A DNA stretch of 64,000 nucleotides from Octopus vulgaris (taxonomy: Eukaryota), in the NCBI GenBank assembly GCA_951406725.2, contig OX597818.1, positions 139,314,001 to 139,378,000 of the forward strand, written 5' to 3'. Below, piece by piece: positions 1 through 14,057 of the stretch. Below the pieces are notes generated by a model that saw only the letters and a list, made by a program, of their open reading frames with translations, was not told the origin of the DNA and made no database searches. The position numbers and the translations under genes are program-made. Numbering within the stretch: the first letter of the stretch is position 1; each line of letters begins with the position of its first letter.

Positions 1-178
1 TTTGTTTTTGTGTCTGTGTTTGTCCCCCCAACATCGCTTGACAACCGATGCTGGTGAGTTTACGTCCCCGTAACTTAGCGGTTAGACAAAGGAGACCGAT
101 AGAATAAGTACTAGGCTTCCAACGAATAAGTCCTGGGGTCGATTTGCTCGACTAAAGGTGGTGCTCCAGCATGGCCGA
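1..178 (+). mobile_element. tRNA-derived SINE family A, 3' part (truncated by window edge)
   Basis: Matches the 3' half of the full copies (cttgacaaccgatgctgg...ggtgctccagcatggcc). Confidence 0.85.
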
Positions 179-475
179 GTAAATCAACTTCGGTACTGAT
201 TACTTGTTCTATCATTCATATTACCGAACCGATAAATTATGGGGACTTAAGCAAACCAACGCCCGTTGTCAAGCAGTTTGCATGGTGGGTAACCAGAAAT
301 CCAAAGACACATATACGCATACATAATGAGCTTCCACACAGCTTCCGTCTAGCGAATTCACTCACAAGGCGTTAGTCGGCCTGGGCTACAGTAGAATTTA
401 CTTGTCCACCGTGAAGCTCAGTAAGGGACTGAACCCAAACCCACTTGGTTATAAAGAGAGATTCTTAATGGCATA
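179..475 (-). mobile_element. SINE family A, old diverged copy
   Basis: Reverse complement shows degenerate gccttgtgagtg...gacggaa and cttgacaac...cggttcgg motifs. Confidence 0.7.
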
Positions 476-1104
476 TCCATGCATGTGTCCTTTATAGCAA
501 GAAGTTGTCTGGAAAATCTAATATATGACCTACACAAAGGCCAAGCAAAGCAGAAGAGGATATGTAAACTTGATCGCTTTCAGAGGAGTCAAGGAAAAGA
601 AGGTGAAGTAGAAACCATTTTTATCGCAGCAGACGTCAACTCCAAACCAACTACAACCGAAAAACCATTTAAAGGAGCTGATTATTCAATGTAGCCAAGA
701 GAATATGTGGAGGTTGTGAATAAATATCATCCATCATATAGCTTCTGGCTGCCCAGTATGAGTTACAGTGGAGGTTATAAACAAAGATGATAGCGTTTGA
801 GATTTCATATATTTGCAGCCTGTCAGAATTAAGGAACAACTAGTGAAAGAAAGGGGGTGCAAACATTAGATTACAAAGGGTTTTAAAAGAGTCTGGGAAA
901 TGTCAGTTGATAGAAGTAGGGAGATTATTAAGGTCTAATGCACAGACATTTATTGTCAAGGAGTAAGAAAAATATACAAAGATTTCGTATCTAAAATTCA
1001 AACGGACGTACACAGAAACATATACATAGATGTATTCATACATGCATGCATAGGAGCTCTGGAATAAATACACACGCTAGTCTACGCACGCATGTATGTG
1101 TGCA

Positions 1105-1135
<31 letters not shown>

Positions 1136-1600
1136 GCGCACGCTCATCTTTGTGTGGTGTGTGTGCGCGCGCGTTTAGTGCTTATGTGGGCTAAAAATTA
1201 TCAATCAAGATCGAACTTTTGTAGCAAAAATCAGAATTGAACATATATGTGAATTGCAATATACAGACATGTATACATATGCATATATACGTGGATGTTT
1301 ATAAATAACAATATACACGTACGTATATCTATATATATATTATATGTATATGTGTATATAAATAAATACAGATATGCACACACACACACCCATAGATATG
1401 AACGTATATACATATATACGCGCTTGTATTCTTCTTTATTCCAAACTACCGAAAGAGCCAACATGGGTTTAATTTCACTGCGAGACTCAAAGAATACACA
1501 CTACGCGTGCGTGTGTATAAATACATACATACGTGTACATACAGGCATGCATACATATATACATACTTACATATATACGTATATACGTATATACATATAT

Positions 1601-1684
<84 letters not shown>

Positions 1685-1722
1685 ATTATTTGAGGGAATA
1701 TTATTTCTAACTTATAGGGAAT

Positions 1723-1778
<56 letters not shown>

Positions 1779-2199
1779 CATACATATATACATATACACA
1801 TGCACATATATATATATAATCATACATACTCATATACATACATACATACATGCATACATGCATATATATGTACATACAAAAGCGTGCGCACACGCACACA
1901 TATTCCTAGACACACAAACATGCATATACATATATATATTTATATACCCGACCGTATACGTCGGTTTTATTTCTTTCTTTCTACCCCGTTGTAGGTTATG
2001 ATGCAACATCATATCAAACAAAAGATCGCAGTGTAAAATCTGATTAAAAATATTATGATTAATGTATTATTGGGAAATAAAGATACAACAGAGATTTTTC
2101 CATAGAAGAAAACATAAATTTCATGGTTATATAGATATTAACAGAGAAAAAATATAAGCATACAGGCGCATGCGTGTCTGCCTGTGTTCATGCGTACAT

Positions 2200-2520
2200 G
2201 TATATGTATGTGTGTATGTATGTATGTATGTATGTATGTATGTATTTATGTCTGTATGTATGTATGTATGTATGTATTTATGTATGTATGTATGTATGTA
2301 TGTATGTATGTATGTATGTATGTATGTATGTATGTATGTATGTATTATGTATGTATTTATGTATGTATGTATGTATGTATGTATATATGTATGTATGTAT
2401 GTATTATGTATGTATTTATGTATGTATGTATGTATATATGTATGTATGTATGTATTATGTATGTATTTATGTATTTATGTATGTATGTATGTATGTTTGT
2501 ACGTACGTATGTGTGTATGT
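2200..2520. repeat. (TATG)n microsatellite
   Basis: Direct inspection. Confidence 0.95.
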
Positions 2521-2689
2521 GTGTGTGTTTGTGTAGTTTGCTAGTGTGGATTTGTGTGTATGTGTATATAAATGTATGTGTGTATATACATGTGAAACGA
2601 TTGTGGAATTTATCATTATCATGAATGTAAAAGAAACATTCGAATATTGATAATAAAATATTAAAAAAAATAGACATGCCGGCGGTGTT

Positions 2690-2828
2690 GCTGCTGATGG
2701 TGATGATGGTGATGACGATGATGGTGATGCTATTGGTATTGATGAAGATGATAATGATGATGATGGCGACGACAACGGCCACGACGATTGCGTGAAGGTA
2801 ATGACGACGATGGTGGTGGTATTGGTAT

Positions 2829-2862
<34 letters not shown>

Positions 2863-3380
2863 AACGACGACGATGACGCTGACGATTGCGATGATTTTTA
2901 CGACGGCGATGATGGTTTGAATTATTTGATATTAATTTAAGAAAATGTTAAAGTTAAAAAAATCGTGTTGACGACGTTGATGATGATTATGATGCTGCTG
3001 CTGCTGTTGTTGTTGTTGTTGTTGTTAAGCAACAAGACGGGTATGGGTGATTAGGTGATGGTCTAGGGCTTAGGGGCAGGAGACCCCAGACCTTGGGGAA
3101 AAAAAAAAGAACTTTGGTCGTCTTGTTGTAGTCGAGGGCTCTTCGTTGACGCCCGACACCACTGGGAGGTGGCCCTCGAAGTAACTGGAAATGGAGATCT
3201 CCAGGTCCAAATTCTTGGACGGCTGCTGCTGCTGCTGATGGTGGTGGCGGTGGTGGTGATGAATGATGTCGACAACGACCACGACGGTGACGCTGATGTT
3301 GATGACGATGTTGATCATTCTCTTCCTGACGATAATGAAAATGTCGATAGTGATGATGATGATGATGATGATGATAACAT
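2690..3380. repeat. Degenerate (GAT/GAC/GTT)n trinucleotide region enclosing a GC-rich island at ~3063-3222
   Basis: Direct inspection. Confidence 0.85.
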
Positions 3381-3440
3381 CCATTGTAATATGTAAAGAT
3401 CTGTTGAAATATTTTTGGCTGTAAAGCGTGATGGGGAATG

Positions 3441-3841
3441 TTCTTTTCTACACTAGGTCAAGGCCCGAAATGTTTGGGGAGGGTGTCTGTCAATTACATC
3501 GATCCCAGAACGCAACTGCTACTTAATTCATCAACCTCAAAAGGATGTGGAAGGCAAAGTCGACCTCGGCGGCATTTGAACTGAGAACGTGAAGACAGAG
3601 ACGAAATATCTATTTCTTTACTACCTACAAGGGACTAAACACAGAGAGGGGACAAACAAGGACAGACAAACGGATTAAGTCGATTATATCGACTCCAGTG
3701 TGTAACTGGTACTAATTTAATCGACCCCGAAAGGATGAGACAAAGTCGACCTCGGCGGTATTTGAACTCAGAACGTGCAGACATACGGAAGACCACTAAG
3801 TATTTCATCCGGCCTGCTAACGTTTCTGCTAGCTCGTCGCC
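3441..3841 (-). mobile_element. tRNA-derived SINE family B, composite (two bodies, two different tails)
   Basis: Head ggcgacgagctagcagaaacgttagc, box-B-like gagttcaaat; body repeated, with junction at ~3605. Confidence 0.85.
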
Positions 3842-3883
3842 TTAGTGATAGGGAATATAAACTAAAAATTGAACAACACATAG

Positions 3884-3920
<37 letters not shown>

Positions 3921-4114
3921 TATACACATGCACTCACACATATATGAGCACAGTCTGCAGCATATTTACGTGTATATATGGCAAGTTTTATATAGGGTCA
4001 TATAAGTGTGTGTACATACGTATACATGCATATGTATCCATGCATATGTATGACCACTTGCACAAACACATAAACACATACATACATATATATATATGCC
4101 CACACATACATACA

Positions 4115-4178
<64 letters not shown>

Positions 4179-4224
4179 CGCACGTGTGTAGTTCTACTGT
4201 GTAAATGTGTAATTCGATCAACTT

Positions 4225-4798
4225 TTCTTTCCGCATTAAAATTATACATACATATATACATGCATACATACATACATGCATACATACATACATACATACA
4301 TACATACATACATGCATACATAGATACATACATACATACATACATACATACATACATACAAACATAAAAACATACATACATACTTACATACATACATACA
4401 TAGATGCATACGTACATACATACGTACAAACAAAGAAATTCACATACGCGTAGACATACATAAGCCGAAGGATATTAAATCAATTCTTAAAATTATGGAT
4501 CGTAAAAAAGATAAATACTATCTCTTTCTCTCCCGCCCTCTCTCTCCCCGATACACACACACACATGCATCCATATATGTGTATTTGTTTCCTTTTGACC
4601 TTCGCCATACGGAAAATTTAGCCAACATTCTAGTTTGGCACCACTAAACTGTTCCAAAGAATAGAAAACTAACTTCAATCGACAGATAGGATTGCTTAAT
4701 TCTTACGTCCAAGTATGTATGTATGTATGTATGTATGTATGTATGTATGTTGTATGTATGTATGTATGTATGTATGTATGTCTATGTATGTATGTATG

Positions 4799-4832
<34 letters not shown>

Positions 4833-5095
4833 TGTATGTATGAATGTATGTATGTATGTATGTATATGTATGTATGTATATGCATATACACACACACATA
4901 TATATATACATACACACATATATATATATATATGTGTGTATGTATATATATATATGTGTGTATATGCATATACATACATATATGCATACATACATACGTA
5001 CATACATACATACATACATACATACGTACATACATATATATATACACACTCACACACATACACACACACATACACACATACACACACTCATATAC
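4225..5095. repeat. (CATA)n, (TATG)n and (CA/TA)n compound microsatellites
   Basis: Direct inspection. Confidence 0.9.
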
Positions 5096-5178
5096 AGACA
5101 TAATAAAAGCAGACGAATGTGCTATTTAGTATTGCTACAATTGTTTCTTTAAGATTCTTTATCGTGATATATACATAC

Positions 5179-5238
<60 letters not shown>

Positions 5239-5827
5239 ATTTGTATTTATATGTATATAAAATCAATATATTTATGAATAAATATATGTAAAAATCAAAA
5301 GGCAATTGGTGCCAAGTGCTCAGTGCAGACACAAACATCGAGAGATACAGCATTATATAAGCCCATTAATGTTACGTGATTATCAACGCTGATATCATGA
5401 ACATCATCGTAATCTCTACACCAAGTTAATGCACCAGATATAAACTCGCTACATCACTTTTCAGTCTTCTTTTGCACCGTATATTTGCTTTCCCTCATAT
5501 CACATACACCCCCGCTTATATACCGCACTCGCACACGAACGCGTACGCACAAAGACACGTGATATACGCATACATAAACCGGCACATACACATGAAAAAC
5601 GAACATTATTTAATGCCATACCGAGATAAGTTCCTGATTCATTGGCTGTGTGGTTAAGAAGCGTTCCTTGAAACCACGCGGTTTCGAGTTCAGTCCCAGA
5701 GTACGGCGCCTTGAACATGTACTTTCACAATACCTTGGGAGTGAATTTCCTTGACTGAAGTTTTTTTCAGTCCACTATGTATGTATGTATGTATGTATGT
5801 ATGTATGTGTGTATGAATTTTTTTTTA

Positions 5828-6018
5828 TCTGTTTCAATCATTTAACTGCAGCCGTGTTGGAACACTGCCTTTAGTCGACAAATCGACCCCAGGACTTATT
5901 CTTTGTAAGTCGAGTACTTGTTTTATCGGGCTCTTTTGCCGAACCGCTAACTTACGGAGACGTAAACACACCAGCATCGGTTGTCAAGCGATGGTATGGG
6001 GTCAGTCACAAACATATA

Positions 6019-6057
<39 letters not shown>

Positions 6058-6610
6058 CAAGTAGGCGCAGGAGTGGCCGTGTGGTAATTAGCTTACTTAT
6101 CAACCACATGGTTTCGGGTTCAGTCCCACTGCGTGGCACCTTGGGCAAGTGTCTTCTGCTATAGCCTCGGGCCGACCAAAGCCTTGTGAAGTGGATTTGG
6201 TAGAGAGAAGCCCGTCATATACATATACATATGTATATGTTTGTGTGTCTTTTTGTCCCCCACCATTGCTTGACAACCGTTGTTGGTGTGTTTACATCCC
6301 CGTAACTTAGCGGTTTGGCAAAAGAGATCGTTAGAATAAGTACTAGGCTTACAAAGAATAAATCTTGGGGTCGACTAAAGGCTGTGCTCCAGCATGGCTG
6401 CAGTCAAATGATTGAAACAAATAAAAGAATATATATATATATATATACGACGGGCTTCTTTCAGTTTCCGTCTACCAAATTCACTCACAAGGCTTTGGTC
6501 GGTCTGAGCCTATAGTAGAAGACACTTGCCCAAGGTGCCACGTAGTGAGACTGAACCCAGGACCATGTGGTTGGTAAGCAAGTTACTTACCACACAGCTA
6601 CTCCTAAGCC
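5828..6610 (-). mobile_element. SINE family A copy split into a 5' part (6447-6610) and a 3' part (5828-6015) by a nested opposite-strand copy
   Basis: Both halves are collinear with the family consensus seen elsewhere in the window. Confidence 0.85.
6064..6428 (+). mobile_element. SINE family A, full-length, nested
   Basis: Head ggcgcaggagtggccgtgtggt (box A), gggttcagtccc (box B); tail cagtcaaatgattgaaacaaataaaaga. Confidence 0.9.
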
Positions 6611-6696
6611 TATTCGTATATTCAAATTAAAAATAGAAACAAAAATGTGATTTCTGTTTAGCCGTTATTTTTATATTTTCTCTTACATCTACGTCT

Positions 6697-6912
6697 GCAA
6701 GACGGCGATCAGGCTGAATCATTAGCGCAGGGGACAAAATGCATAGCGACATTTCGCCCATCTTTTCGTCCTGAGTTCCGATTCCGTCAAGATCGAGCTT
6801 GCCCTTCGTTCCTTCAGAGAGAATGAAATAAATACCAGCCGAGCACCGAAGTTGCTGTAGCCCTCCCCCAACCACAAAATATTTCAAGCCTTGTGACTAT
6901 GAGAGAAAGGCC
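6697..6912 (+). mobile_element. SINE family B, diverged
   Basis: Degenerate head, box B and ccttgtgactatgagagaaagg tail. Confidence 0.65.
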
Positions 6913-7555
6913 TATATTTATGCATGTACATATATTTATATATAGAAATCAAATATAAAATATAAAATATAAATTACAAAGTGGGACAAGAATGCAAAAA
7001 CACACAGAGACGACACAAAAAAACAGACGGGTCACTCGAAGCCTCTAATCTTCAGTCGGAACCGGATCATCTTAGCAATTTCGGCTGTTTAATCTCGATA
7101 TCCCTCCGAACCGGCCAGCCTCAAGAACTAAGCCACAGGCATTAGATTTCTTAGAAAGAGGACGAATGTATACGAAACAAAGACAGGGTGCCACACGAAT
7201 ATAAATACAGGAACAAAAAATAGAAATAAAAAACAAGAATGGTTAGCAGGACAAACACAACGGGCGTCTTTCGATTTTAGACAATTTTTAACTTATCTTG
7301 ACTGGCGTATTTGAATTACTCTTTATGTATTGTGTGATGTTCAAACTGCTATACAAACATTTCATTTAAATGTGCCATACTTTGGACCCATCAACTATTC
7401 CTTTGCTGTTTGAGGTGTCAGGTTTTATACTTACATATTTTGATATTAATAATGAAGTACAAATAATCTTATAGATTGGTAGATTGATTATGTTTATCGA
7501 CAGATAACATGCGCTGCGGTTCTTTTTCTTCAGAACATCAGTTTTTTTCTTTTTT

Positions 7556-7760
7556 TCTTTTATTCGTTTCAGTCATTTTGACTGCGGCTATCCTGGAGTA
7601 CCGCCTTTTATTCAAGCAAATCGGCCCCAGGACTTATTCTTTGTAAGCCTAGTACTTATTCTATCGGTCTCTTATGCCGAACCGCTAAGATACGGGGACG
7701 TGACGTAAACATATCAGCATCGATGTCAAGCGATGGTGGGACACACACACACACACACAA

Positions 7761-7817
<57 letters not shown>

Positions 7818-7980
7818 CGACAGGCTTCTTTCAGTTTCCGTCTACCAAATACACTCACAAGGCTTTGGTCTGCCCGAGGCCATAATAGAAGACACTTGCC
7901 CAAGGTGCCATGCAGTGGGACTGAACCTGGAACCATGTGGCTGGTTAGCAAGCTACTTACCACACAGCCACTCCTGCGCC
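7556..7980 (-). mobile_element. SINE family A, full-length
   Basis: Complete head, microsatellite linker and tail. Confidence 0.9.
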
Positions 7981-8187
7981 ATTTTCCGTTTTTATCGCGC
8001 AGCTGTTCAAGATAGCGTCGATTTTATATGCAGTAGAAGGTCTACAACATTTATGGACGCAACCTTATCGTTTAGACTAGGGTTTCTCAAACTAGGACGC
8101 TAAACTTGATTCTAGGAAGTATTCCTAACTCAAATTAAACTTCGAATATTTAAGGAAGAGTGTTGACCGATTCGACTAATCCTCCAA

Positions 8188-8545
8188 TCTCTCTATATAT
8201 AAAGCTGAAGTTGTCTGTGTTCCTCCGAGACCCTGCGGCACAAGTTGACCAAAATTGACAGTATGATAGAAGAAGGCTTGCTCTTCCTTCCGTAGAAGAA
8301 AAATTCAAATCGGACCATGTTAACACCAAAACTTATTTACATCAAAAAGGTGCTTTTTTTCTATGAAAATCCCTATTTTTTACGATTTTTTTGACTGCTG
8401 TGTCGCCATTTTTTGGTGTATTTCAACAAGAAAAATATTCACTTAAAGAGAATAACAAGCTACATAATGCAAAATTTTTACTTTTCTAAAATTCCAATTA
8501 TAAAGGGTCGAAACAAACCCGAGCAACGTCGGGCGATACCGCTAG
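8188..8545 (+). mobile_element. Non-autonomous Helitron
   Basis: 5' TC(TCTCTATATATAAA), 3' CTAG preceded by GC-rich hairpin cccgagcaacgtcggg; inserted between A(8187) and T(8546) with no TSD. Confidence 0.85.
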
Positions 8546-8899
8546 TAGGATGATAAACTTACTAAGGCTTAAGTCACACAAATGGTTAATTGGGAAATTT
8601 TTCAGTCGTTTCTACGCAGCGTTCGTATACTTACTAAGAATTTGATATATCTTACTGCATACACTCGTCTAACATCTTACGCGTCAACTAAATCCCTCGT
8701 AAGATTTTTCTGAACACATTAACTTATTGGAATTTGAGGCGTAGCGTTAACAATCGTTACGCACTGCATTTATTTGCATTCCATCTATGCTGAGTGTTCA
8801 AATCCCACTGGGTTACGACTTCCTTTTAGATTTTTCTCCATTACCAATTTGCTGGCATAATCCAAAGTCAAAAGTAATCCCTTCTACTACTACTATTAC

Positions 8900-8900
8900 A

Positions 8901-8972
<72 letters not shown>

Positions 8973-8995
8973 GTTGTTGTTGTTGTTGTTGTCGT
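8900..8995. repeat. (ATT)n(GTT)n microsatellite
   Basis: Direct inspection. Confidence 0.95.
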
Positions 8996-9257
8996 TTTGA
9001 TATTTTATGTATAATAAGAAAAGTGATATTTATTGTTGATTCATTCAATAGCGAGCTAGATTATATTTCAATTCTCGAATGTTGATGTTTTTAACATGCA
9101 TTACATAAATCTAAACACACACACACATGTATACATGCAATGTAAACACACATACACACACACACAAACACACACACACACACATATATATATACATATA
9201 TACGCATGTTTATATATATACATATGCATCTTCATATATATATCTATATCTACATAC

Positions 9258-9328
<71 letters not shown>

Positions 9329-9352
9329 TATATACATATATATATATATACC

Positions 9353-9400
9353 GTCTCCGATGAAGGAATATAACAAATATCCTGGAAACAGCTGTAAGAC
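9353..9400 (+). ncRNA. Minimal type I hammerhead ribozyme-like motif (PLE type)
   Basis: Stem I gtct/agac, core CCGATGA, stem II aggaatat/atatcct, GAAA, palindromic stem III ACAGCTGT, GUA site. Confidence 0.65.
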
Positions 9401-9516
9401 CTTCTATTTATAAATGTTCTTAAATGTTCACAGGCTTGGGTTTTTTTTTATCTCATTCTGAAAGAAAAAATTTATATACATATATATGTAAAGTTGTATA
9501 TATACATATACGTATG

Positions 9517-9576
<60 letters not shown>

Positions 9577-9582
9577 GCATGT

Positions 9583-9620
<38 letters not shown>

Positions 9621-10128
9621 ATACAAATATATACATGTATATACATATATAAATACATACATACATACATATATATATACATACATATATACATATATAT
9701 ATACATACATATATACATATATGTGCTTGTGTGTTTGTGTGTGTTTGTGTGTGTTTGTGTGTGTTTGTGTGTGTGTGTATTTACACCGATATATACATAT
9801 ATACAGAGTGATAGGAGATACTCAACTGTTTAAATCATCCAGAGGTATAACGAACTCAATACAAGGGGTTGAGAGTGGTTAATAAATTTCCTTTTAAGCT
9901 GAAATTACATAACCGTTATTAGTGTCAGGTACTGGCCAATTCTAACCAACAAAGAAAGAAATGACAACAATTTGTATTGTTATTAACGAAGCTTATAAAA
10001 CTGCATTATCAGTGATAATGTGCTAATAAAAAGAGCACATTATCAATGGAAAGTGTTTTGGTTCGTTGCTGGTTTATTGTCAAGACTCCCTCCTTCTCAG
10101 TCGTTCATCTCCTTAACGTTTTGATATA

Positions 10129-11082
10129 CAGAGTGGTCCAAAATTAGGTTTACAGTTATTCAGCCATACTCTTTACTCTTTTACTTGTTTCAGTCATTTG
10201 ACTGCGGCCATGCTGGAGCACCGCCTTTAGTCGAGAAAATCGACCCCGGGACTTATTCTTTGTAAGCCCAGTACTTATTCTATCGGTCTCTTTTGCCGAA
10301 CCGCTAAGTGACGGGGACATAAACACACCAGCATCGGTTGTCAAGCAATGCTAAGGGGGACAAACACAGACACACATACATACATATATATACATATATA
10401 CGACAGGCTTCTTTCAGTTTCCGTCTACCAAATCCACTCACAAGGCATTGGTCGGCCCGGGGCTATAGCAGAAGACACTTGCCCAAGATGCCACGCAGTG
10501 GGACTGAACCCGGAACCATGTGGTTGGTAAACAAGCTACTTACCACACAGCCACTCCTGCGCCTATTCGTATTCATATATTAACAGTTTAGATCTTATAA
10601 AAAAAATATGAAATCATTATTCTATGCTAATTTAGTTAATTATGTGAAGCTTCCTTTTCAGTTTGTAATTGTTTCCTTTTTATTTTGCAGGTACTGTAAA
10701 GTGTGAGCCATAGCAAACAATTTAAATCAAGACCTGACCCCAATGGGTTTCGTTTTTGGGGTGTTGCAAAGAACAAGTTTTATGAGAAGAATCCAAAACA
10801 GTAAATGAGTTAAAAGATTACATTTCTGACGCATTCACTGAAATTGATGGAGATCAGAATTTGTGCCGCACTCTGTGTCAGCGTGTTCTGAAAATGTTTG
10901 AAGAATGTTGCAATGTTGAAGGAGGACATTTTGAGCATCTGAGAGATTAAACATTGTCTGTTTAAGATGTGCATAAACAATATGGTTGTAAGATAGAAAT
11001 TTAATTTAAATGTAATAAAATGTTTTAAAAGAAATTTAAAGTGCTTATGTGATAACTGCAAACCTACTTTTTGGCCACCCTG
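10129..11082 (+). mobile_element. Internally deleted Tc1/mariner-superfamily DNA transposon with a nested SINE
   Basis: TIRs cagagtggtccaaaattaggtttacagtt / aactgcaaacctactttttggccaccctg; frameshifted C-terminal transposase motifs DLTPM..F.WG..KNK.Y and GGHFEHL at ~10727-10941. Confidence 0.8.
10167..10563 (-). mobile_element. SINE family A, full-length, young
   Basis: Near-identical to the copies at 29321 and 57490. Confidence 0.92.
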
Positions 11083-11265
11083 CATACTAAATCTGTTTTG
11101 CTCGTCTGTTTATCTGTCAGTCCATTTCTCTTTTATGTATGTATGTATGTATGTATGTATGTATGTATGTATGTATGTATGTGTGTGTGTATGTATGTAT
11201 GTATGCATGTATGTATGTATCTATCTATCTGTCTATCTATCTATCTATCCATCTATTTATCTATC

Positions 11266-11431
11266 TTTTTTTTTGTTCTTTTCTTCCCTTTTACGATCCC
11301 TCTTGATCGAAAACCTACGCCACCCCTTTTTTTTGTTTCTTTTGTTTTTTGTTTTTTTCATCCCCCAGAAGAAAAGCTCTACCTTGTAACTTGTCCCATC
11401 TGTGTGCAGCCCTGTGTGGCCAATAAAGAAA
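11266..11431 (+). mobile_element. Probable LINE 3'-UTR fragment inserted in (TATC)n
   Basis: Terminal 40 nt align at 32/40 with the SINE B tail; flanked by TATC repeats. Confidence 0.5.
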
Positions 11432-11459
11432 CTTATCTATCTATCTATTTATCTATTTA

Positions 11460-11533
<74 letters not shown>

Positions 11534-13081
11534 GCTATATATCTCTCACTGTATCGCGGCGATACTGAAACCTATTCTAAATCTACAAACATACTCGCAC
11601 ACGCACGCACACACCCAGAGACAGAGGTAACTGTCTTTACGTCCCATTGACAAAGGAAACCGATGGAATAAGTATTAGGCTTAAAAAATAAGTCGAATAA
11701 AACCTTCAAGGCATTTCTTCAGCCTGCTCGCAATCAACGAACCACAGTATTAGGAACACTTAGAAACATTTAAAAATCCACGGCAAATGCACTTATCGTG
11801 AATCCGCGATCTTTGCTATTGTATATAGGAGGGGTAGTCATGAAAACTGCTTTGGTTCTTTGGAAATAAGGACAATTTGAAAATAAGCTCTTTTTTAAGA
11901 AGCTGCTTTAATGTATATGGATAAAGAAATAATATTCTCTAAGACGTAAAATTTTGGAAGGAATATCCCAAGTCATTCGAATATGTCTTATTGCACGAAA
12001 CTACTGAAGACAAAATAGACGTAACCAGTTCCAACTGTCTAAATTTGGAGCTTTACTTGTTTAAGAAAGATAGTGATTAGATTTGGTTTGGTTCTTGTAA
12101 AATGTTGAAGAATTTAAAAATGCATGCACAAACTAACACACACACACACATCAGGCATATACACAAACATATATACCTATATAAATTCATTTACATGTGT
12201 GGATGTGTTTATGAGGGAGCGGTTGTGTATGTATGTGTATAGATGTATGCGTGTGTTTGTAGTTCAAACTATTTTTTAAAACCCGGGTTTTTTTTTTTTT
12301 TATAAAATTTCCTAAAATGAAAATGTATGATAAACCCTGCCCTTTTTGCACGTTCTTCATACACCAGGAAATAATAAAAAAAAATTGTACGAGGAAAAAA
12401 GTAGAAAAAGACAAAAGAAACATTTAAATATATAAGCAAGTTAAAATTTTATCGCTTAAGCAATAAAAGACGGACATATATAATTTAAAATGGCGACTTG
12501 AAATGAAAAAGAATTTGGAAAACACTTTCTCGAAAAGCCTACTAAATAAGGTCGCAAAGTTCTCTTTTACACCTACACCAACGAGAACAATAAGAGAAGT
12601 TTAAACAGAGAAGGCTTCTCACGTTGAAGGTGAGTGTTTTTTGAAAGAAATATCTCTAATTATCAACGACAGCTTATATCTAAGTAGAAATAAACAATCG
12701 AGTGCTCCCTCTCATTCCACTCACTCGCAGATGCTTAGAGTATTTCAACGGTTGGGGGAAATTCTTTCTGTTGATGTAGAATTTATTGCTATGATTTCTT
12801 ACTTAATGCATTTTCACAGTCTATCCAAATACTTTTGACGAGAAAATTCAATCAAAAGTTGATTTCTAGTTTCTAGTTTCAAGTTACTTCCTCTGCTAGA
12901 ATAATTTTCTCCTTACTAAGATGGCTTGCAGTCGCGTTAAGCATGCATGTATGTATATATATATAGTTGCATGTATTTACATAACAGTGTGTTTCTACGT
13001 ACATATGTCTGTATATGTATGTAGTATGAATGCATGTTAATATAAATATATGTGGGTATGCATGTATAATACATACATACA

Positions 13082-13115
<34 letters not shown>

Positions 13116-14001
13116 CATACATACATATATACACGCACACAGAACCATATATATATATCAAGAACAATCTTACTTAGAAATGGATGCGTGCGTTCCAAGC
13201 GCTTGCATACGCATATATATATACGTATATATATGCATACACACACAAACACACAAACACACACATATATATATAACTGCACATATATATTCACATGTGT
13301 ATATATTTCTGTGTGTATGTGTGTTTATGTGTCTGTCTATATGTATTTATTTACGTATGTATGTGCGTACGTTTCCATGCACCAGCGTATGAACAGAAGA
13401 CAGTCAACAGAAAGCCGTGTACAAGATAATTACAAATGACATCTCGCCATTTTGCACATCGTAAAGAGCCAAACCGAAAATGAACTGCGATGCGAAAGAG
13501 GCTTTGAGGAGTAATCTATGGTGGTGCTATTTAATTGCCATAGCTACTGATCACCAGAACAAATTGACTAAATCAACAAGTAACGTACTTTTCAGTGCTG
13601 CCTTACAGTGAGCCGGTATTGTATTAATGGCTTTCTTGTACGGCATGCAGTTTTCTGAAATGACGTTTCCATAGATCGCAGCCTAAACATGCCCTCACAC
13701 ATGCACGCGCGCGCACACACACACACGCACACAGACACAGAAGGACACACGCAAGCATACACACATGCGTACGCACGCACGCACCCGCGGACATAATCGT
13801 TAATGTACAGATATACTGAATAATAGTAGTACACAAACACACACACACACACGCACATATATACATGTGAGTGTGTGTGTGTGAATGTGTGCGTGTATGT
13901 GTGTATATATATGTGCATAGATATATATATATGTGTGTGTGGTATGCATATATGTGTATATATATATATGTATATTACTGTTAATACGTGTTGTGCATGT
14001 T

Positions 14002-14057
<56 letters not shown>

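Noticed and set aside
479-970. Complex purine-rich stretch with a 71-aa ORF
   Set aside because: No recognisable domain or splice evidence; probably a decayed transposon
6064-6140. tRNA-like heads with box A and box B
   Set aside because: They continue into SINE bodies in many copies and lack a proper cloverleaf and terminator
6945-7310. Probable PLE-like repeat with ctgaaga and ccgaaa strings
   Set aside because: Could not assemble a valid ribozyme fold or assign a family
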